Below, one piece after another: positions 48,188 through 60,619 of a stretch of DNA of 64,000 nt. The DNA is from Candidatus Binatia bacterium. GTDB taxonomy: Bacteria > Desulfobacterota > Binatia > UBA9968 > CAXXLF01. The stretch's first letter is position 1, and each line of letters opens with the position of its first letter. Both the position numbers and the translations under genes were made by a program. The notes under the pieces are model-generated. The model did no database searches, was not told where the DNA came from, and saw only the letters and a list, made by a program, of their open reading frames with translations. The DNA lies in the NCBI GenBank assembly GCA_963664015.2, contig CAXXLF010000002.1, forward strand, positions 1,312,001 to 1,376,000, read 5' to 3'.

Positions 48188-49642
48188 CTAAGAATGGACT
48201 GAAGCGTTGGAGGAGAGTCGTTGCTCCAGGGAACCCAGAATTTTTTCTTGCACTCGATCAAAACCGCCGTTGGACATAATCAGGATAACGTCACCTGATT
48301 TGGCCCTTCCCGTCACATAGGCGGCAATATCATCAGCCTTTTCGATATAGACCGCTCGTTTATCCCCCGCAATTTTTTCGATCCGGCTGACCACATTGGA
48401 AGGGGAAAGCCGTTCGGTCTCGGGTATCTTCTCCGGGTGATAGAGTCCGGCAACAACGATACGATCGGCCTCGGCAAGGCAATGAGAGAACTCTTGTTCA
48501 AAAATGCGTCTTCGGCTGGTTTGACTCCGTGGCTCAAACACGGCCCAAAGTCTCTGCCCGGGATAGGCCATGCGCAGTCCCGTAATTGTTTCCCTAATGG
48601 CCGTTGGATGGTGAGCAAAGTCATCGATCACGGTGATCCCGCCTATTTCACCTTTGATCTCCTGACGTCTTCTGACACCGGCAAAGCTCCCCATGGCGTT
48701 TTGGATGACCGACCGGCTGACCCCCAACTCTCTCGCCATGGCAAAAACCCCGAGGGCATTTTCTACGTTGTGTCGTCCCAATAGGGACAACACCAGGGAT
48801 CCCTCGAGTCGGTTCTTATAGAAAACCTCAAATTGCATGCGGCCCTGATCCATACGCACATCTTTGGCGACCCACCCTACCGGCTCCCCTTCACCGTAGT
48901 ACGTCACGGGGCAAGGGGCCGCACGTGCGACCTCTTTTGCCGCCTCATAGCGATTGCATACGAGTACCGAGCCAGTGGCGGGTAGGCTTTGCATAAGGCG
49001 TACAAAGGCGCTTTTCAGCTGAGCCATGTCCGAATAAATATCTGCGTGGTCGAATTCGAGGCTGGTCAGGATCACCTTTTCCGCACCATAGTGAAGAAAC
49101 TTGGGGCCTTTATCAAAAAATGCGCTGTCGTACTCGTCTCCCTCCAGAACCGCCCAGAGTCCGTTTCCTGTTTGTAACCCGCTCTTGAAGTTTTTAGGCA
49201 TGCCGCCGATAAAGTAACTCGGTGCTAACCCCGCCTGGCTGAGCACCCAGGCCATCATTGAAGTCGTGCTAGTCTTGCCGTGAGTCCCCGCAACGACCAA
49301 TGATCTCTTTGCACCGATCAGAAACCGTCTCAGCGCATGGGGGAATGAGATTGACGGGGTCTCCCTTTGGAGCATGGATTGAACCTCAGGGTTGTCCCGT
49401 GAAACCGCATTACCAACCACCACCAGGCCGGGGGAATCTTTTAACTGAGCCGGATCGTAGCCCAAGTGCACGGGGATTCCCAATTCCTCAAGGTAAGTAC
49501 TCATGGGAGGGTAAATCCCCTCGTCCGATCCAGTGACTCGGTAACCCTGAGACTGTAGAAGTCCGGCCAGAGCAGCCATCCCGACACCGCAGATCGCAAT
49601 GAGGTGAATGTGCCCCCCGTTCTCAGGCAGCTGCTCATTCAT
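48188..49642 (-). CDS. mpl: Murein peptide ligase
   Basis: HLIAICGVGM, YPPMS, GTHGKTST, EGDEYDSAFFDK and DDFAHHPT. Confidence 0.92.
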   Translation of the reverse strand: MNEQLPENGGHIHLIAICGVGMAALAGLLQSQGYRVTGSDEGIYPPMSTYLEELGIPVHLGYDPAQLKDSPGLVVVGNAVSRDNPEVQSMLQRETPSISFPHALRRFLIGAKRSLVVAGTHGKTSTTSMMAWVLSQAGLAPSYFIGGMPKNFKSGLQTGNGLWAVLEGDEYDSAFFDKGPKFLHYGAEKVILTSLEFDHADIYSDMAQLKSAFVRLMQSLPATGSVLVCNRYEAAKEVARAAPCPVTYYGEGEPVGWVAKDVRMDQGRMQFEVFYKNRLEGSLVLSLLGRHNVENALGVFAMARELGVSRSVIQNAMGSFAGVRRRQEIKGEIGGITVIDDFAHHPTAIRETITGLRMAYPGQRLWAVFEPRSQTSRRRIFEQEFSHCLAEADRIVVAGLYHPEKIPETERLSPSNVVSRIEKIAGDKRAVYIEKADDIAAYVTGRAKSGDVILIMSNGGFDRVQEKILGSLEQRLSSNASVHS

Positions 49643-50766
49643 GAGAAGAGGGTCTTTAAGATGAGGTTGTGGATGAAAGGGCGAAATTCCCGGATCTTGT
49701 TGCTATTCCGATTGGGGTGGATTCGATTGGTGAGGAGGATAACATGGCAGTTCCTTTCCAGGTCCCACCACAGTGAGACCCCCGTGAACCCCAGATGGCC
49801 CACTGATGCGGGGGAAAATTGATCTCCGCTGCTAGAATCTTTAGAGGAAGGGGTATCCCACCCGAGGGCGAAGGTCGCCCCCTCGACGGACCGGTTACGG
49901 GTCAAGAATTCTCGGACCACCGGCTGCGGCAAGAACGGGTCTTTACCTTCGTAACATTTTCCAAGGCGGTCCATATAGGTATGGATATCCCGTGCGGTGG
50001 AAAAAAGTCCCGCGTGGCCGGCGACACCGCCCATGGCATAGGCGTTTTCATCGTGGACTTCCCCGCAAAGAATTTTCTTCCGCCACGGGCAGTTTTCAGT
50101 GGGTGCAACTCTCTCTTGGCCTGGACGTGTCCGACGGCCCCATAATTGTGTCAAGTCAACAAAAAAGGTCGAGTTGAGCCCCAGCGGCTGGAAGACACGC
50201 TCCTGACAAAAGCGATCAAAAGTCCGACCGCTTATCTGCTCAATGATCTCGCTGAGAAGCATAAACCCCAGGTCGCTATATACCACTTTCCTACCCGGCG
50301 CGGCGATGGGACGTTCTCGATGGATCCTTTCCAATACAAAGCTCTGAGCTGCCTTACTGGCAACAAATTTGAGTCCTCCGATCTTTTCCGACTTGGCCAC
50401 CTCTTCATAAAACGGTTTCCATGCCGCAAGTCCGGAGCAGTGTGCCAATACATGGCGAAAAGTCGCATGGCTTTTTCCAAAGACACCGAAGTTGGGAATG
50501 AATCGGGTGACCTGGTCATCCAACCGGATCTTCCCCTCCTTCACCAGGAGCATGATCGCCGTCGTCGTCGCAATCGGCTTGGTCAGTGAGGCCAGATCGA
50601 AAATAGTGTCCTGAGTCAGCGGGCTCTTTTCCGGAAGCAGAGAACGCAACCCATAAACCCCCTCAAAAAGGATCTCTTCTCCTCTACCTACCAGGACCAC
50701 AGCCCCAGGGAAGACCCTGTTATCAACGGCCTCCTTGAAGGCATCCTCTACAGGACCGAACTCCAT
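49639..50766 (-). CDS. Beta-lactamase-family serine hydrolase
   Basis: DLASLTK, YSD, GVAGHAGLF and GHLGFTG. Confidence 0.9.
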   Translation of the reverse strand: MEFGPVEDAFKEAVDNRVFPGAVVLVGRGEEILFEGVYGLRSLLPEKSPLTQDTIFDLASLTKPIATTTAIMLLVKEGKIRLDDQVTRFIPNFGVFGKSHATFRHVLAHCSGLAAWKPFYEEVAKSEKIGGLKFVASKAAQSFVLERIHRERPIAAPGRKVVYSDLGFMLLSEIIEQISGRTFDRFCQERVFQPLGLNSTFFVDLTQLWGRRTRPGQERVAPTENCPWRKKILCGEVHDENAYAMGGVAGHAGLFSTARDIHTYMDRLGKCYEGKDPFLPQPVVREFLTRNRSVEGATFALGWDTPSSKDSSSGDQFSPASVGHLGFTGVSLWWDLERNCHVILLTNRIHPNRNSNKIREFRPFIHNLILKTLFS

Positions 50767-50793
50767 AATATGCCTCTTACTGATCTGATAATT

Positions 50794-51729
50794 TCAACGT
50801 GTCACGGTGGGCGATTCCAACGACGATAATGAACCTTCCATCGGGTTCAATGCCATTTTTACCCCGAAGGGAAGCAGGAGATTGACTTGCCCATGTCCCC
50901 CTTGAAAGTCCCACAGCACCGGATAACCGGCATCCTGGAAGACTTCCTGGACAATCTGCTTCAACCCCCTCTCCTCGTCGGAACCACAATCGGTAAACTG
51001 CCCAAAGACTATCCCAGTAACATGATCGAGTTTGCCGGCCATCTTTAGATGGGTCAGCATGCGTTCGATCCGGTAGGGTTTTTCACCAATATCTTCTAGA
51101 AATAGAATTTTCCCCTTGGTTTGGATCTCGTAAGGCGTCCCGAGAGTGGTCACAATAACTGAAAGGCATCCGCCTACTACTTCACCTCGGACCTCTTTGG
51201 TTCCCGGACAAAGCGTATGGAGGCCTTCCACATGCCATTCATTGTTTTTCCCGCTCAGCGTATCCCAAAAATAATTCTTGCTGCGTCCCGTAAGGCCTTT
51301 GGCGATATCCATAACGACCATCGGGCCGTGAAAGGTCACCAACCCGCATTTTTGGGATATCCAGTTTAATAGCACACTTACATCGCTGTACCCAACGAAA
51401 ATTTTGGGGTGGGAACGAACCGTTTCGATATCCAATAGGGGTAGGAGCTGAATGGAGCCGAATCCGCCCCGGGCGCAAAGAATGGCATGGATATCCGCCC
51501 GCACAAAGAACTGCTCAAGGGCCTTGACCCTCTGCTCCGCCGCACCAGCAAGGTACCCCTTTCGCTCGGAGATTCCCTCGGCCAATTCAACGCTATATCC
51601 CTCGCGTTCAAGGGCCTTGACCCCTTTCTCGATCTGGATACTCTGCACAGCCCCCGAAGGGGCCAGGATTCCAATCTTATCACCTCTTTTAAGAGCACTT
51701 GGCCTTAATTTAGCGATCACTGAAATCAC
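50794..51729 (-). CDS. ldcA: LD-carboxypeptidase (S66)
   Basis: ARGGFG, GYSDVS, FHGPM, LEDIGE.PYRIERM and GHG. Likely GTG start at 51720 or 51729. Confidence 0.9.
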   Translation of the reverse strand: MISVIAKLRPSALKRGDKIGILAPSGAVQSIQIEKGVKALEREGYSVELAEGISERKGYLAGAAEQRVKALEQFFVRADIHAILCARGGFGSIQLLPLLDIETVRSHPKIFVGYSDVSVLLNWISQKCGLVTFHGPMVVMDIAKGLTGRSKNYFWDTLSGKNNEWHVEGLHTLCPGTKEVRGEVVGGCLSVIVTTLGTPYEIQTKGKILFLEDIGEKPYRIERMLTHLKMAGKLDHVTGIVFGQFTDCGSDEERGLKQIVQEVFQDAGYPVLWDFQGGHGQVNLLLPFGVKMALNPMEGSLSSLESPTVTR

Positions 51730-51790
51730 CTTGAGTAAGGAGGGTAATGGGAACAGCCCCTGGGGGGCCTTTCGTGAAGTCTTACCTAAT

Positions 51791-51839
51791 TTATCCGCCT
51801 TCGCAGAAAACCACGGGCGTAAGCCCGTAATGGCTTCAT
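51791..51839 (-). repeat. Same hairpin element, copy D (short)
   Basis: ATGAAGCCATTACGGGCTTACGCCCGTGGTTTTCTGCGAAGGCGGATAA on the minus strand. Confidence 0.8.
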
Positions 51840-52050
51840 TGCGTGGTTCACCCAACCGTATCTAATGGTAACACCCCACTGAACTTATCCGTTGTGGCCA
51901 ACCGGTCGACCTTGAAATAACTCCCTAGAATTTCAGAGAAGATTGAATTACTATGAATAGAATGAGAGGCCATACAGCACAAATGACTATGGGCTATCCC
52001 CAGTTCGGGTACAGCATGTCCCCAAGGTTATCCACAATTTATACATAATC

Positions 52051-52326
52051 ATGAGAATCAAGCCCGAGCAGATTGACAGATTCATCGACCGCCTTCTTAA
52101 AAACTCCCGCGCTAAGAACCTTATGGACCTCAAGGCGGATGAGGCCACCATAAGGGCAAGAATTCAGCAGATTATAACACAAAATTTTCAAGAGGAGGAA
52201 GCGATAGAGGAGGAAGCCAAAAAGATGCTCAATAGCCTCTCCCGCGAATCCGAATCCATGGATCAACACAAGATGTTATTGCTTATCAAGCAAAGACTTG
52301 CAGCGAAAAAAGGCTTTTCCTTGTGA
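52051..52326 (+). CDS. DUF507 family protein
   Basis: MRIKPEQI..EE.IEEEA..IKQRLA.KKGF pattern. Confidence 0.75.
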   Translation: MRIKPEQIDRFIDRLLKNSRAKNLMDLKADEATIRARIQQIITQNFQEEEAIEEEAKKMLNSLSRESESMDQHKMLLLIKQRLAAKKGFSL

Positions 52327-52592
52327 GCGGATTATCCGATGGGCGTATTTCCTATCTCGCCCACCTCATTTTGGATTCCTTGCAGCATGACGGGCTGGCG
52401 GATATCCCTAATACCCTCAATATGTTGAAGAAAACCAAGGAGGCCTTCAAAGAGTTTGACAATGACGAGGACCGCCTCGACCAATTGGTACGCAAGAAGA
52501 TTCACTCCCTATCCCGCCCTATCCCGCCGGGAAGCCGAGAGTGGGATATCCTGTATCGCAAATACCTTGAGGAAGAGTTGAAAAAGCGATAG
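52323..52592 (+). CDS. DUF507 family protein
   Basis: LSDGRISYLAH..VRKKI.SL.R.I.PGSREWDILYRKY.EEE. Confidence 0.8.
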   Translation: MSGLSDGRISYLAHLILDSLQHDGLADIPNTLNMLKKTKEAFKEFDNDEDRLDQLVRKKIHSLSRPIPPGSREWDILYRKYLEEELKKR

Positions 52593-52662
52593 TTACAGGC
52601 GGCCACAGCCGCTTTAATTCCCCCAATCACTGTTATTCGCCTAAATTATCACCCCGCCCCCC

Positions 52663-52690
52663 TTGACAGGGCAAGCTTTCGGATTAAATT
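52663..52690 (+). promoter_or_regulatory. Candidate sigma70-type promoter of groESL
   Basis: TTGACA, 16 nt, TAAATT. Confidence 0.5.
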
Positions 52691-52793
52691 GAACCCGTCT
52701 GGTCGAGCACTCTGCCAGATTAGACCCTCGTAGCAATTATTCCTAGCTTTTTTAGCTAGTTACATAAATTCTGACAATCGGTACAGAAGGAGG

Positions 52794-53090
52794 ATGAATA
52801 CGATGATCAGGCCACTGCAGGATCGAGTGATAGTCAAAAGGATTGAAGAGGAAGAAAAATCCAAGGGCGGGATTATTATCCCGGACACCGCCAAAGAAAA
52901 ACCTCAAGAAGGTCAAGTCATTGCGGTTGGCAAAGGCAAGGTTGGGGATGACGGCAAAGTGACCCCCTTGGACCTCAAGGTCAACGACCGGGTGCTCTTT
53001 GGAAAATACGCTGGGTCAGAGGTCAATATCGACGATGTTGAGCACTTAATCATGCGCGAGGATGATATCCTCGGCGTTATCGAAAAATAA
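52794..53090 (+). CDS. groES: Co-chaperonin GroES
   Basis: IRPLQDRV and [16 protein letters not shown]. Confidence 0.98.
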   Translation: MNTMIRPLQDRVIVKRIEEEEKSKGGIIIPDTAKEKPQEGQVIAVGKGKVGDDGKVTPLDLKVNDRVLFGKYAGSEVNIDDVEHLIMREDDILGVIEK

Positions 53091-53109
53091 TTTCAGTTAA
53101 TTAAGCTAA

Positions 53110-54765
<1,656 letters not shown>

Positions 54766-54782
54766 CCCCCAAAACAATAGAA

Positions 54783-54831
54783 CCCGGCTTACCTGACTCC
54801 CGGTTTAACACCGGTTGGCGGGTAGGCCGGG
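54783..54831 (+). terminator. Long hairpin after groEL
   Basis: CCCGGCTTACCTG...CGGGTAGGCCGGG; no clear U-tract. Confidence 0.5.
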
Positions 54832-54925
54832 ATCCTCTCCCCACCTTGACAAAGAGCCTATTTCGTATTACCCTCCACCTAGAATTTTTCCCTGAAAAGA
54901 TAACAAGTTACCTGCGATCCGGACC

Positions 54926-56269
54926 ATGTTTGAGAACCTGACCGACAAATTGGAACTGACCTTTAAAAGACTTAGGGGTCAGGGAAAGATCACCGAAAAG
55001 AACATCGAAGAAAGCCTCCGAGACGTCCGATTGGCGCTCCTTGAGGCCGATGTCAATTTTAAGGTTGTTAAAGACTTCATAGATTCGATTAAAGAAAAAG
55101 CCCTGGGCCAAGAAGTTCTCCTAAGCCTGACACCTGACCAGCAGCTCATCAAGATTGTCCAACAGGAACTGATCGCACTACTTGGAGGGGAACGCGAGGA
55201 ACTGAACCTTAAAGGGCCCCCACCCCAGATCGTACTATTGGTCGGGTTGCAGGGCTCTGGAAAAACGACGACTCTGGCCAAGCTCGCAGCTCATCTAAAA
55301 CAAGATAAAAACAGGACTCCATACCTCGTCCCCGCAGACATATACCGTCCCGCAGCGGCCGAGCAGCTCAAGATCCTAGCCGAGGAAGCCGGTGTGCCTA
55401 TCTATCAGCCCAGGCCCGACACCCCGGCGCTGGTTATCTGCAAAGAGGCCCTGAAGGAAGCCAAAAACCAGTTCTGTGACCTGGTGCTGGTCGACACGGC
55501 GGGAAGACTTCATATTGATACGGACCTCATGGAGGAACTTCGGACCCTTCAGTCTGAGCTGCAACCACACCATATCCTGCTGGTCGCAGACGCCATGACT
55601 GGTCAGGATGCCGTCAACCAGGCCAAGAGCTTCAATGAGGCCCTCAATCTCACCGGTATCATCCTTACGAAAATGGACGGTGACGCGCGGGGGGGGGCAG
55701 CCCTTTCCATGCGCCAGGTCGTAGGTAAGCCCATCCTCTTCGCCGGCGTGGGTGAGAAGTTAAACGCCCTTGAGCCCTTTACCCCCGATCGGCTCGCTTC
55801 GAGAATCCTGGGTATGGGAGACGTCCTGACCCTGATCGAAAAGGCCGAACAAGCCAATGAAGATAAAGTTACACTGGACTTGGAAAAGCGGGCCAAAAAG
55901 GGAGCCTTTTCTCTGGAAGATTTTCAAACCCAATTAAAGATGATGAAAAAAATGGGCTCCGTTGGCGACCTCATGGACATGATCCCGGGGGCCCGCAAAC
56001 TGACCCAGAAAGTCGATTTGTCCCAAGCAGAGAACGAGATCAAACGGGTCGAGGCCATCATCAATTCCATGACCCAAGAGGAACGACACAATTCCAACCT
56101 GTTGAACGGCAGTCGCAGGCGCCGTATTGCCAGCGGCAGCGGCACGACCGTAACGGACGTAAATCGGCTGATGAAACAGTTTCTTCAGATGAAAAAAATG
56201 ATACAGAAGATGAGTAAGATGGGCGCTAGAGCGGCCATGGGTCGCCTGCCCTTTTCATTCGAATCCTAG
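54926..56269 (+). CDS. ffh: Signal recognition particle protein
   Basis: [24 protein letters not shown] and the Met-rich M domain. Confidence 0.98.
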   Translation: MFENLTDKLELTFKRLRGQGKITEKNIEESLRDVRLALLEADVNFKVVKDFIDSIKEKALGQEVLLSLTPDQQLIKIVQQELIALLGGEREELNLKGPPPQIVLLVGLQGSGKTTTLAKLAAHLKQDKNRTPYLVPADIYRPAAAEQLKILAEEAGVPIYQPRPDTPALVICKEALKEAKNQFCDLVLVDTAGRLHIDTDLMEELRTLQSELQPHHILLVADAMTGQDAVNQAKSFNEALNLTGIILTKMDGDARGGAALSMRQVVGKPILFAGVGEKLNALEPFTPDRLASRILGMGDVLTLIEKAEQANEDKVTLDLEKRAKKGAFSLEDFQTQLKMMKKMGSVGDLMDMIPGARKLTQKVDLSQAENEIKRVEAIINSMTQEERHNSNLLNGSRRRRIASGSGTTVTDVNRLMKQFLQMKKMIQKMSKMGARAAMGRLPFSFES

Positions 56270-56286
56270 AACGAGGGGAGCAACTT

Positions 56287-56556
56287 ATGAGTGTGCGCAT
56301 TCGGCTAAGCAGGCATGGAACAAAGAAAAAACCATTCTACCGTATTGTTGTGGCGGATTCCCACTCGCCTCGTGATGGCAGATTTATCGAACAAGTGGGA
56401 ACCTACGATCCCAGGGCCCAGTCCGGTGGTCTCAAGATCGATAGCCAGACCATTGGAAAGTGGGTTAAAAATGGGGCCCAACCGTCTCTAACCGTCTCCC
56501 AGTTACTCAAGCAGGCGGCAAGCCAACCGACCCCGCCGGCCAATGCCCCAGCCTGA
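56287..56556 (+). CDS. rpsP: 30S ribosomal protein S16
   Basis: [25 protein letters not shown]. Confidence 0.98.
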   Translation: MSVRIRLSRHGTKKKPFYRIVVADSHSPRDGRFIEQVGTYDPRAQSGGLKIDSQTIGKWVKNGAQPSLTVSQLLKQAASQPTPPANAPA

Positions 56557-56615
56557 AGGAGACAACCAGAGCTTGCTTTCCGGTTTAATTCTGCCGACAG
56601 GAGGGAATCCCAGTC

Positions 56616-56852
56616 ATGAAGGAGCTGATTCAATATCTGGCAAAATCCCTAGTAGACAACCCAGACGCCGTCGAGGTCAGCGAAACTGAAGGAGACGCCG
56701 CTTCGGTCCTGGAATTGAGAGTGGCAAAAGAAGACCTCGGCCGCATTATCGGAAAACAAGGAAGAACGGTAAAATACATTCGAACGATTCTCAACGCCGC
56801 AGCCTCCCGGGTCAACCGCAAGGTTGTCCTCGAGATCGTAGAAGACAGATAG
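56616..56852 (+). CDS. khpA: KH-domain RNA-binding protein
   Basis: LVDNPD, DLGRIIGKQGRT; lies between rpsP and rimM. Confidence 0.92.
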   Translation: MKELIQYLAKSLVDNPDAVEVSETEGDAASVLELRVAKEDLGRIIGKQGRTVKYIRTILNAAASRVNRKVVLEIVEDR

Positions 56853-56869
56853 CTCGGTACAGTTCAAAG

Positions 56870-57382
56870 GTGTCTGACCCACTCATTCCTTTGGGTGAAT
56901 TCGTCGCCCCGCATGGTATCGACGGTTGGCTCAAGCTAAGACTATACAACCTCGAAAGCACTATCCTCGATTCAGCCGGACCGATCGTTCTTGAAAAGGG
57001 CGGGGTCCTATCTACTTTTGTTTTCGAGAGGAAAAAAGCCCACAAAGGACACCTCCTGGTTAAGCTTCAAGGCGTCGACGGCATCAACGATGCGCAAGGT
57101 CCTGTCGGCTCCACCCTGATGGTCGCCGAGCAAGCACTCCAACCCCCCGAGGAGGGGGAATACTATTACTATCAGGCCGTCGGTCTTGATGTCTTCGACA
57201 CGCAGGGCGTTTGGATCGGCAAGGTCACCCGTATCTGGTTCAAGGAGGGAGGCGACCTCTACGTGGTGTCGGGGGACTCCAAGGAATTCCTGATCCCCGC
57301 GGTCAAAGACGTCATTGAAAAGATCGATCTCTTGCAAAAGAAAATGATCATTAATCCCCCCGATGGCCTGCTGGAGATCTAA
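56870..57382 (+). CDS. rimM: Ribosome maturation factor
   Basis: PHGIDGWLK, EGEYY and LIPAV; conserved gene order. Confidence 0.93.
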   Translation: MSDPLIPLGEFVAPHGIDGWLKLRLYNLESTILDSAGPIVLEKGGVLSTFVFERKKAHKGHLLVKLQGVDGINDAQGPVGSTLMVAEQALQPPEEGEYYYYQAVGLDVFDTQGVWIGKVTRIWFKEGGDLYVVSGDSKEFLIPAVKDVIEKIDLLQKKMIINPPDGLLEI

Positions 57383-57471
57383 ACTTGATCATACGGGACC
57401 GGTCAATCTTGAATTCATGGATCAATTCATTCTGATCCCAAGGAACCGATTGTCTGACGCTGGGAAGAACC

Positions 57472-58752
57472 ATGGTTAATTTTACCGTTATTACCATATT
57501 CCCACCCATGTTATCCTCACCCCTTGAGCACAGCATACTCAAAAAAGCTCAGGAAAAGGGTTTGATCTCGGTTTGCTTGGTTGACCTTAGGGACTACTGC
57601 ACCGATCCTCACCGCGTCACCGACGACTCTCCCTATGGAGGCGGCCAAGGCATGGTGATGAAACCCGAGCCCCTGATCGCCGCTATCGATGATGCCAGAT
57701 CCAAGCTCAAGCAACCCCGGGTAATTTTACTGACGCCCCGAGGCCGGGTCTTCAATCAGGCGGAAGCCCAGAAACTGGCCCAGGAACAAGACCTGGTATT
57801 TATCTGCGGCCGCTACGAAGGGGTGGATGAGAGAGTCAAGGCCTTTGTCGATGACGAAGTTTCCGTAGGTGATTACACGCTGAGCGGAGGTGAAATCCCC
57901 GCCATGGTTCTGATCGATGCAGTGACCCGACTGATCCCCGGCGTATTGGGAAACGAGCTGTCGGCCCTGGACGAGTCCTTCACTGACGGGCTGCTGGAAT
58001 ATCCTCAGTACACCCGACCGGACGATTTTCGAGGTCTTGGCGTCCCGAAGGTTCTCCTTTCCGGGGACCACAACCGAATCAAGCAGTGGCGTCGGGAGAT
58101 GAGTCTCAAACTGACCCGCGAGCGGCGACCGGATCTCTTCAAACGAATTAAACTCACGGCACCGGAACGACGGGCAACCCCCATCCACGCCCCTCTCTAC
58201 GTAGCCCTGTTGCACCATCCCGTAGTCGACAAAAACCAACAGGTCGTCACTTCGGCAATCACCAACATGGATATTCATGACATCGCCCGATCCGCGCGCA
58301 CTTACGGCGTTCAAGGATTCTACGTCGTTAATCCGATCAAGGCCCTGCACAAACTGGCAGCTAAGATAACCGAGCACTGGCTGCATGGCTACGGGAGTAC
58401 CTATAACGAGACCAGAAAGGAGGCCCTTTCCCTGGTCCGATTGACCGACACGCTGGACCAGGCGATAATGGCCGTGGAACGGGAATGCGGTTCCCGCCCC
58501 AATCTCGTTGCCACTTCGGCGCGTCCCCTCGAAGGCGTCCAGAGGACCTCTTTTCCTGCCCTGCGGGATATGCTAGAAAGAACGTCCGAACCCTTTTTAC
58601 TCCTACTGGGAACGGGCTGGGGGCTGGCCGAATCGGTCTTGAACCAATCGGACTACCTCTTGCAACCTGTGGAGGGTAATGGGGATTACAACCATCTCTC
58701 CGTACGGTCGGCAGCGGCCATTATGCTCCATGAGCTCTTAGGGACCGATTGA
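57472..58752 (+). CDS. trmD: tRNA m1G37 methyltransferase fused to a C-terminal SPOUT-like RNA methyltransferase domain
   Basis: TrmD motifs [24 protein letters not shown] and YPQYTRP, then [32 protein letters not shown]. Confidence 0.93.
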   Translation: MVNFTVITIFPPMLSSPLEHSILKKAQEKGLISVCLVDLRDYCTDPHRVTDDSPYGGGQGMVMKPEPLIAAIDDARSKLKQPRVILLTPRGRVFNQAEAQKLAQEQDLVFICGRYEGVDERVKAFVDDEVSVGDYTLSGGEIPAMVLIDAVTRLIPGVLGNELSALDESFTDGLLEYPQYTRPDDFRGLGVPKVLLSGDHNRIKQWRREMSLKLTRERRPDLFKRIKLTAPERRATPIHAPLYVALLHHPVVDKNQQVVTSAITNMDIHDIARSARTYGVQGFYVVNPIKALHKLAAKITEHWLHGYGSTYNETRKEALSLVRLTDTLDQAIMAVERECGSRPNLVATSARPLEGVQRTSFPALRDMLERTSEPFLLLLGTGWGLAESVLNQSDYLLQPVEGNGDYNHLSVRSAAAIMLHELLGTD

Positions 58753-58769
58753 GAAATAGGAACGTCTTT

Positions 58770-59120
58770 ATGAATTTGCTGGATCAAATCGAAACCGAAC
58801 AGAAAAAAGAGGTCCCTTCCCTAAAGGCGGGTCAAACCGTACGTGTCCATGTGAAAGTTGTCGAAGGAGAAAAAGAGCGGACTCAGGTCTTCGAAGGGGT
58901 GACCATCGGGATATCCGGAAAGGGTAGCCGTCGAACCTTTACCGTACGAAAGATCTCCTACGGCGTCGGTGTCGAACGGATATTCCCTCTGTATTCGCCA
59001 CGTATCGAAAAGATAGAGGTCGTCTCTGGCGGAAAGGTCAGACGGGCCAAGCTCTATTACTTGAGGGAGCTTTCGGGAAAGCGGGCGCGGCTCTACGAAG
59101 ATAAGCGTCAACGTTCCTAA
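58770..59120 (+). CDS. rplS: 50S ribosomal protein L19
   Basis: [23 protein letters not shown] and [10 protein letters not shown]. Confidence 0.98.
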   Translation: MNLLDQIETEQKKEVPSLKAGQTVRVHVKVVEGEKERTQVFEGVTIGISGKGSRRTFTVRKISYGVGVERIFPLYSPRIEKIEVVSGGKVRRAKLYYLRELSGKRARLYEDKRQRS

Positions 59121-59231
59121 CGAAAGTCGACCTGTTCTTCATTCCCCTTCTTTCAACGACTTCTGAACCCGTCCTACCCACCCTGCTCGAATCCCAACCA
59201 GGACCAGCGGGGACGCTCAATTTAATAGGAA

Positions 59232-60554
59232 ATGGAATTATTCGAATCTTCCTCCAAGCCGGACCCCAGTGTCCATACGCCGCTGGCGGAGCGGCTTCGA
59301 CCTACGACCCTTGCGGAGTTTGTGGGCCAAGCCCACCTTCTGGCACCGGGGAAACTGCTTGCTGAAATGATCCGGTCGGGGCGGCTTCAATCCCTCATCC
59401 TGTGGGGCCCCCCAGGTTCTGGCAAGACAACCTTGGCCCGGCTCATCGCCGTCGCCCACAAGGCCCACTCGGTCCACTTCTCTGCCGTGACCTCCGGGGT
59501 TAAGGAGCTCAAAAATATCATTGATGACGCCGAGCGATTAAACCGCCTGGGCCAGGCCACGGTACTGTTCGTGGACGAGATCCACCACTTTAATAAGACC
59601 CAACAAAACATCTTCCTCCCCCACGTGGAACGAGGGACCATCACTCTCATCGGGGCGACTATTGAGAACCCGTCATTTGAATTGATTGCGCCGCTGCTCT
59701 CCCGTTCCCAGGTACTACTCCTGCATCCCCTATCACCCGATGAGCTAAAGCAAATCATCGACCGCGCCCTACACGACCACCCGAGGGGTCTAGGCCAATA
59801 TGGGATGGAGATTACCCCCGACGGCCTGGAGTATCTGATCCAGGGGTCCCACGGAGATGCCCGCACAGCTCTGAGCGCGCTAGAGAACGCCTCTGCGATG
59901 GCACGCCAACACGAGAGCAAAGAGATTGACCTGCCCACTCTCCAGGAGGCCCTCCAGCGAAAACCCCTTTCCTATGACAAGTCCGGTGACGAGCACTACA
60001 ACGTCATCTCGGCCTTCATTAAAAGCTTGCGGGGCAGCGACCCGGATGCCGCACTGTACTGGTTAATGCGTATGCTCGGGGCGGGCGAGGACCCGCTCTT
60101 TATCCTCCGCCGAATGATCATATTTGCCGCGGAGGATATCGGCAATGCGGACCCCCAGGCGCTCCAGGTTGCCGTGGCCGTTAAAGAGGCCTTTCATTTC
60201 GTGGGACTCCCTGAAGGAAAGATCCCCCTTGCCCAGGCCGTCACCTACTTGGCCACCGCACCCAAATCCAACGCCTCATACAGAGCCATGATCGAGGCGG
60301 AGCACGATGTTTCAGATAAGGGCGCGCTGCCCGTCCCCCTTCACCTGCGCAATGCCCCCACGCCCCTGATGGAGCAACTGGGCTACGGCAAGGGATACCG
60401 TTACGCCCGTGACTTCCCGGAACATGTAGTCAGCCAGGAGCACCTGCCGGAAGGATTGGTCGGAAGAATATACTACCACCCTACGGATTTCGGTTTCGAG
60501 AAGACCATCCGTGAAAGGATCAAAAGCTGGGAGGAAGCAAAGAAAGGAGAATAG
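59232..60554 (+). CDS. rarA: Replication-associated recombination protein A
   Basis: PLAERLRP, GPPGSGKTT, VDEIH, SAFIKS.RGSD and VPLHLRN. Confidence 0.95.
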   Translation: MELFESSSKPDPSVHTPLAERLRPTTLAEFVGQAHLLAPGKLLAEMIRSGRLQSLILWGPPGSGKTTLARLIAVAHKAHSVHFSAVTSGVKELKNIIDDAERLNRLGQATVLFVDEIHHFNKTQQNIFLPHVERGTITLIGATIENPSFELIAPLLSRSQVLLLHPLSPDELKQIIDRALHDHPRGLGQYGMEITPDGLEYLIQGSHGDARTALSALENASAMARQHESKEIDLPTLQEALQRKPLSYDKSGDEHYNVISAFIKSLRGSDPDAALYWLMRMLGAGEDPLFILRRMIIFAAEDIGNADPQALQVAVAVKEAFHFVGLPEGKIPLAQAVTYLATAPKSNASYRAMIEAEHDVSDKGALPVPLHLRNAPTPLMEQLGYGKGYRYARDFPEHVVSQEHLPEGLVGRIYYHPTDFGFEKTIRERIKSWEEAKKGE

Positions 60555-60619
60555 AGACCTCCTTACATAGCTTGGCCTCCACATAATCGAAGATCCTTTC
60601 TTGCCCGGACACTCCATCC

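Noticed and set aside
52703-52730. CIRCE operator upstream of groES
   Set aside because: Only a left half-like AGCACTC is present; the right half GAGTGCTAA is missing at the 9-nt spacing.
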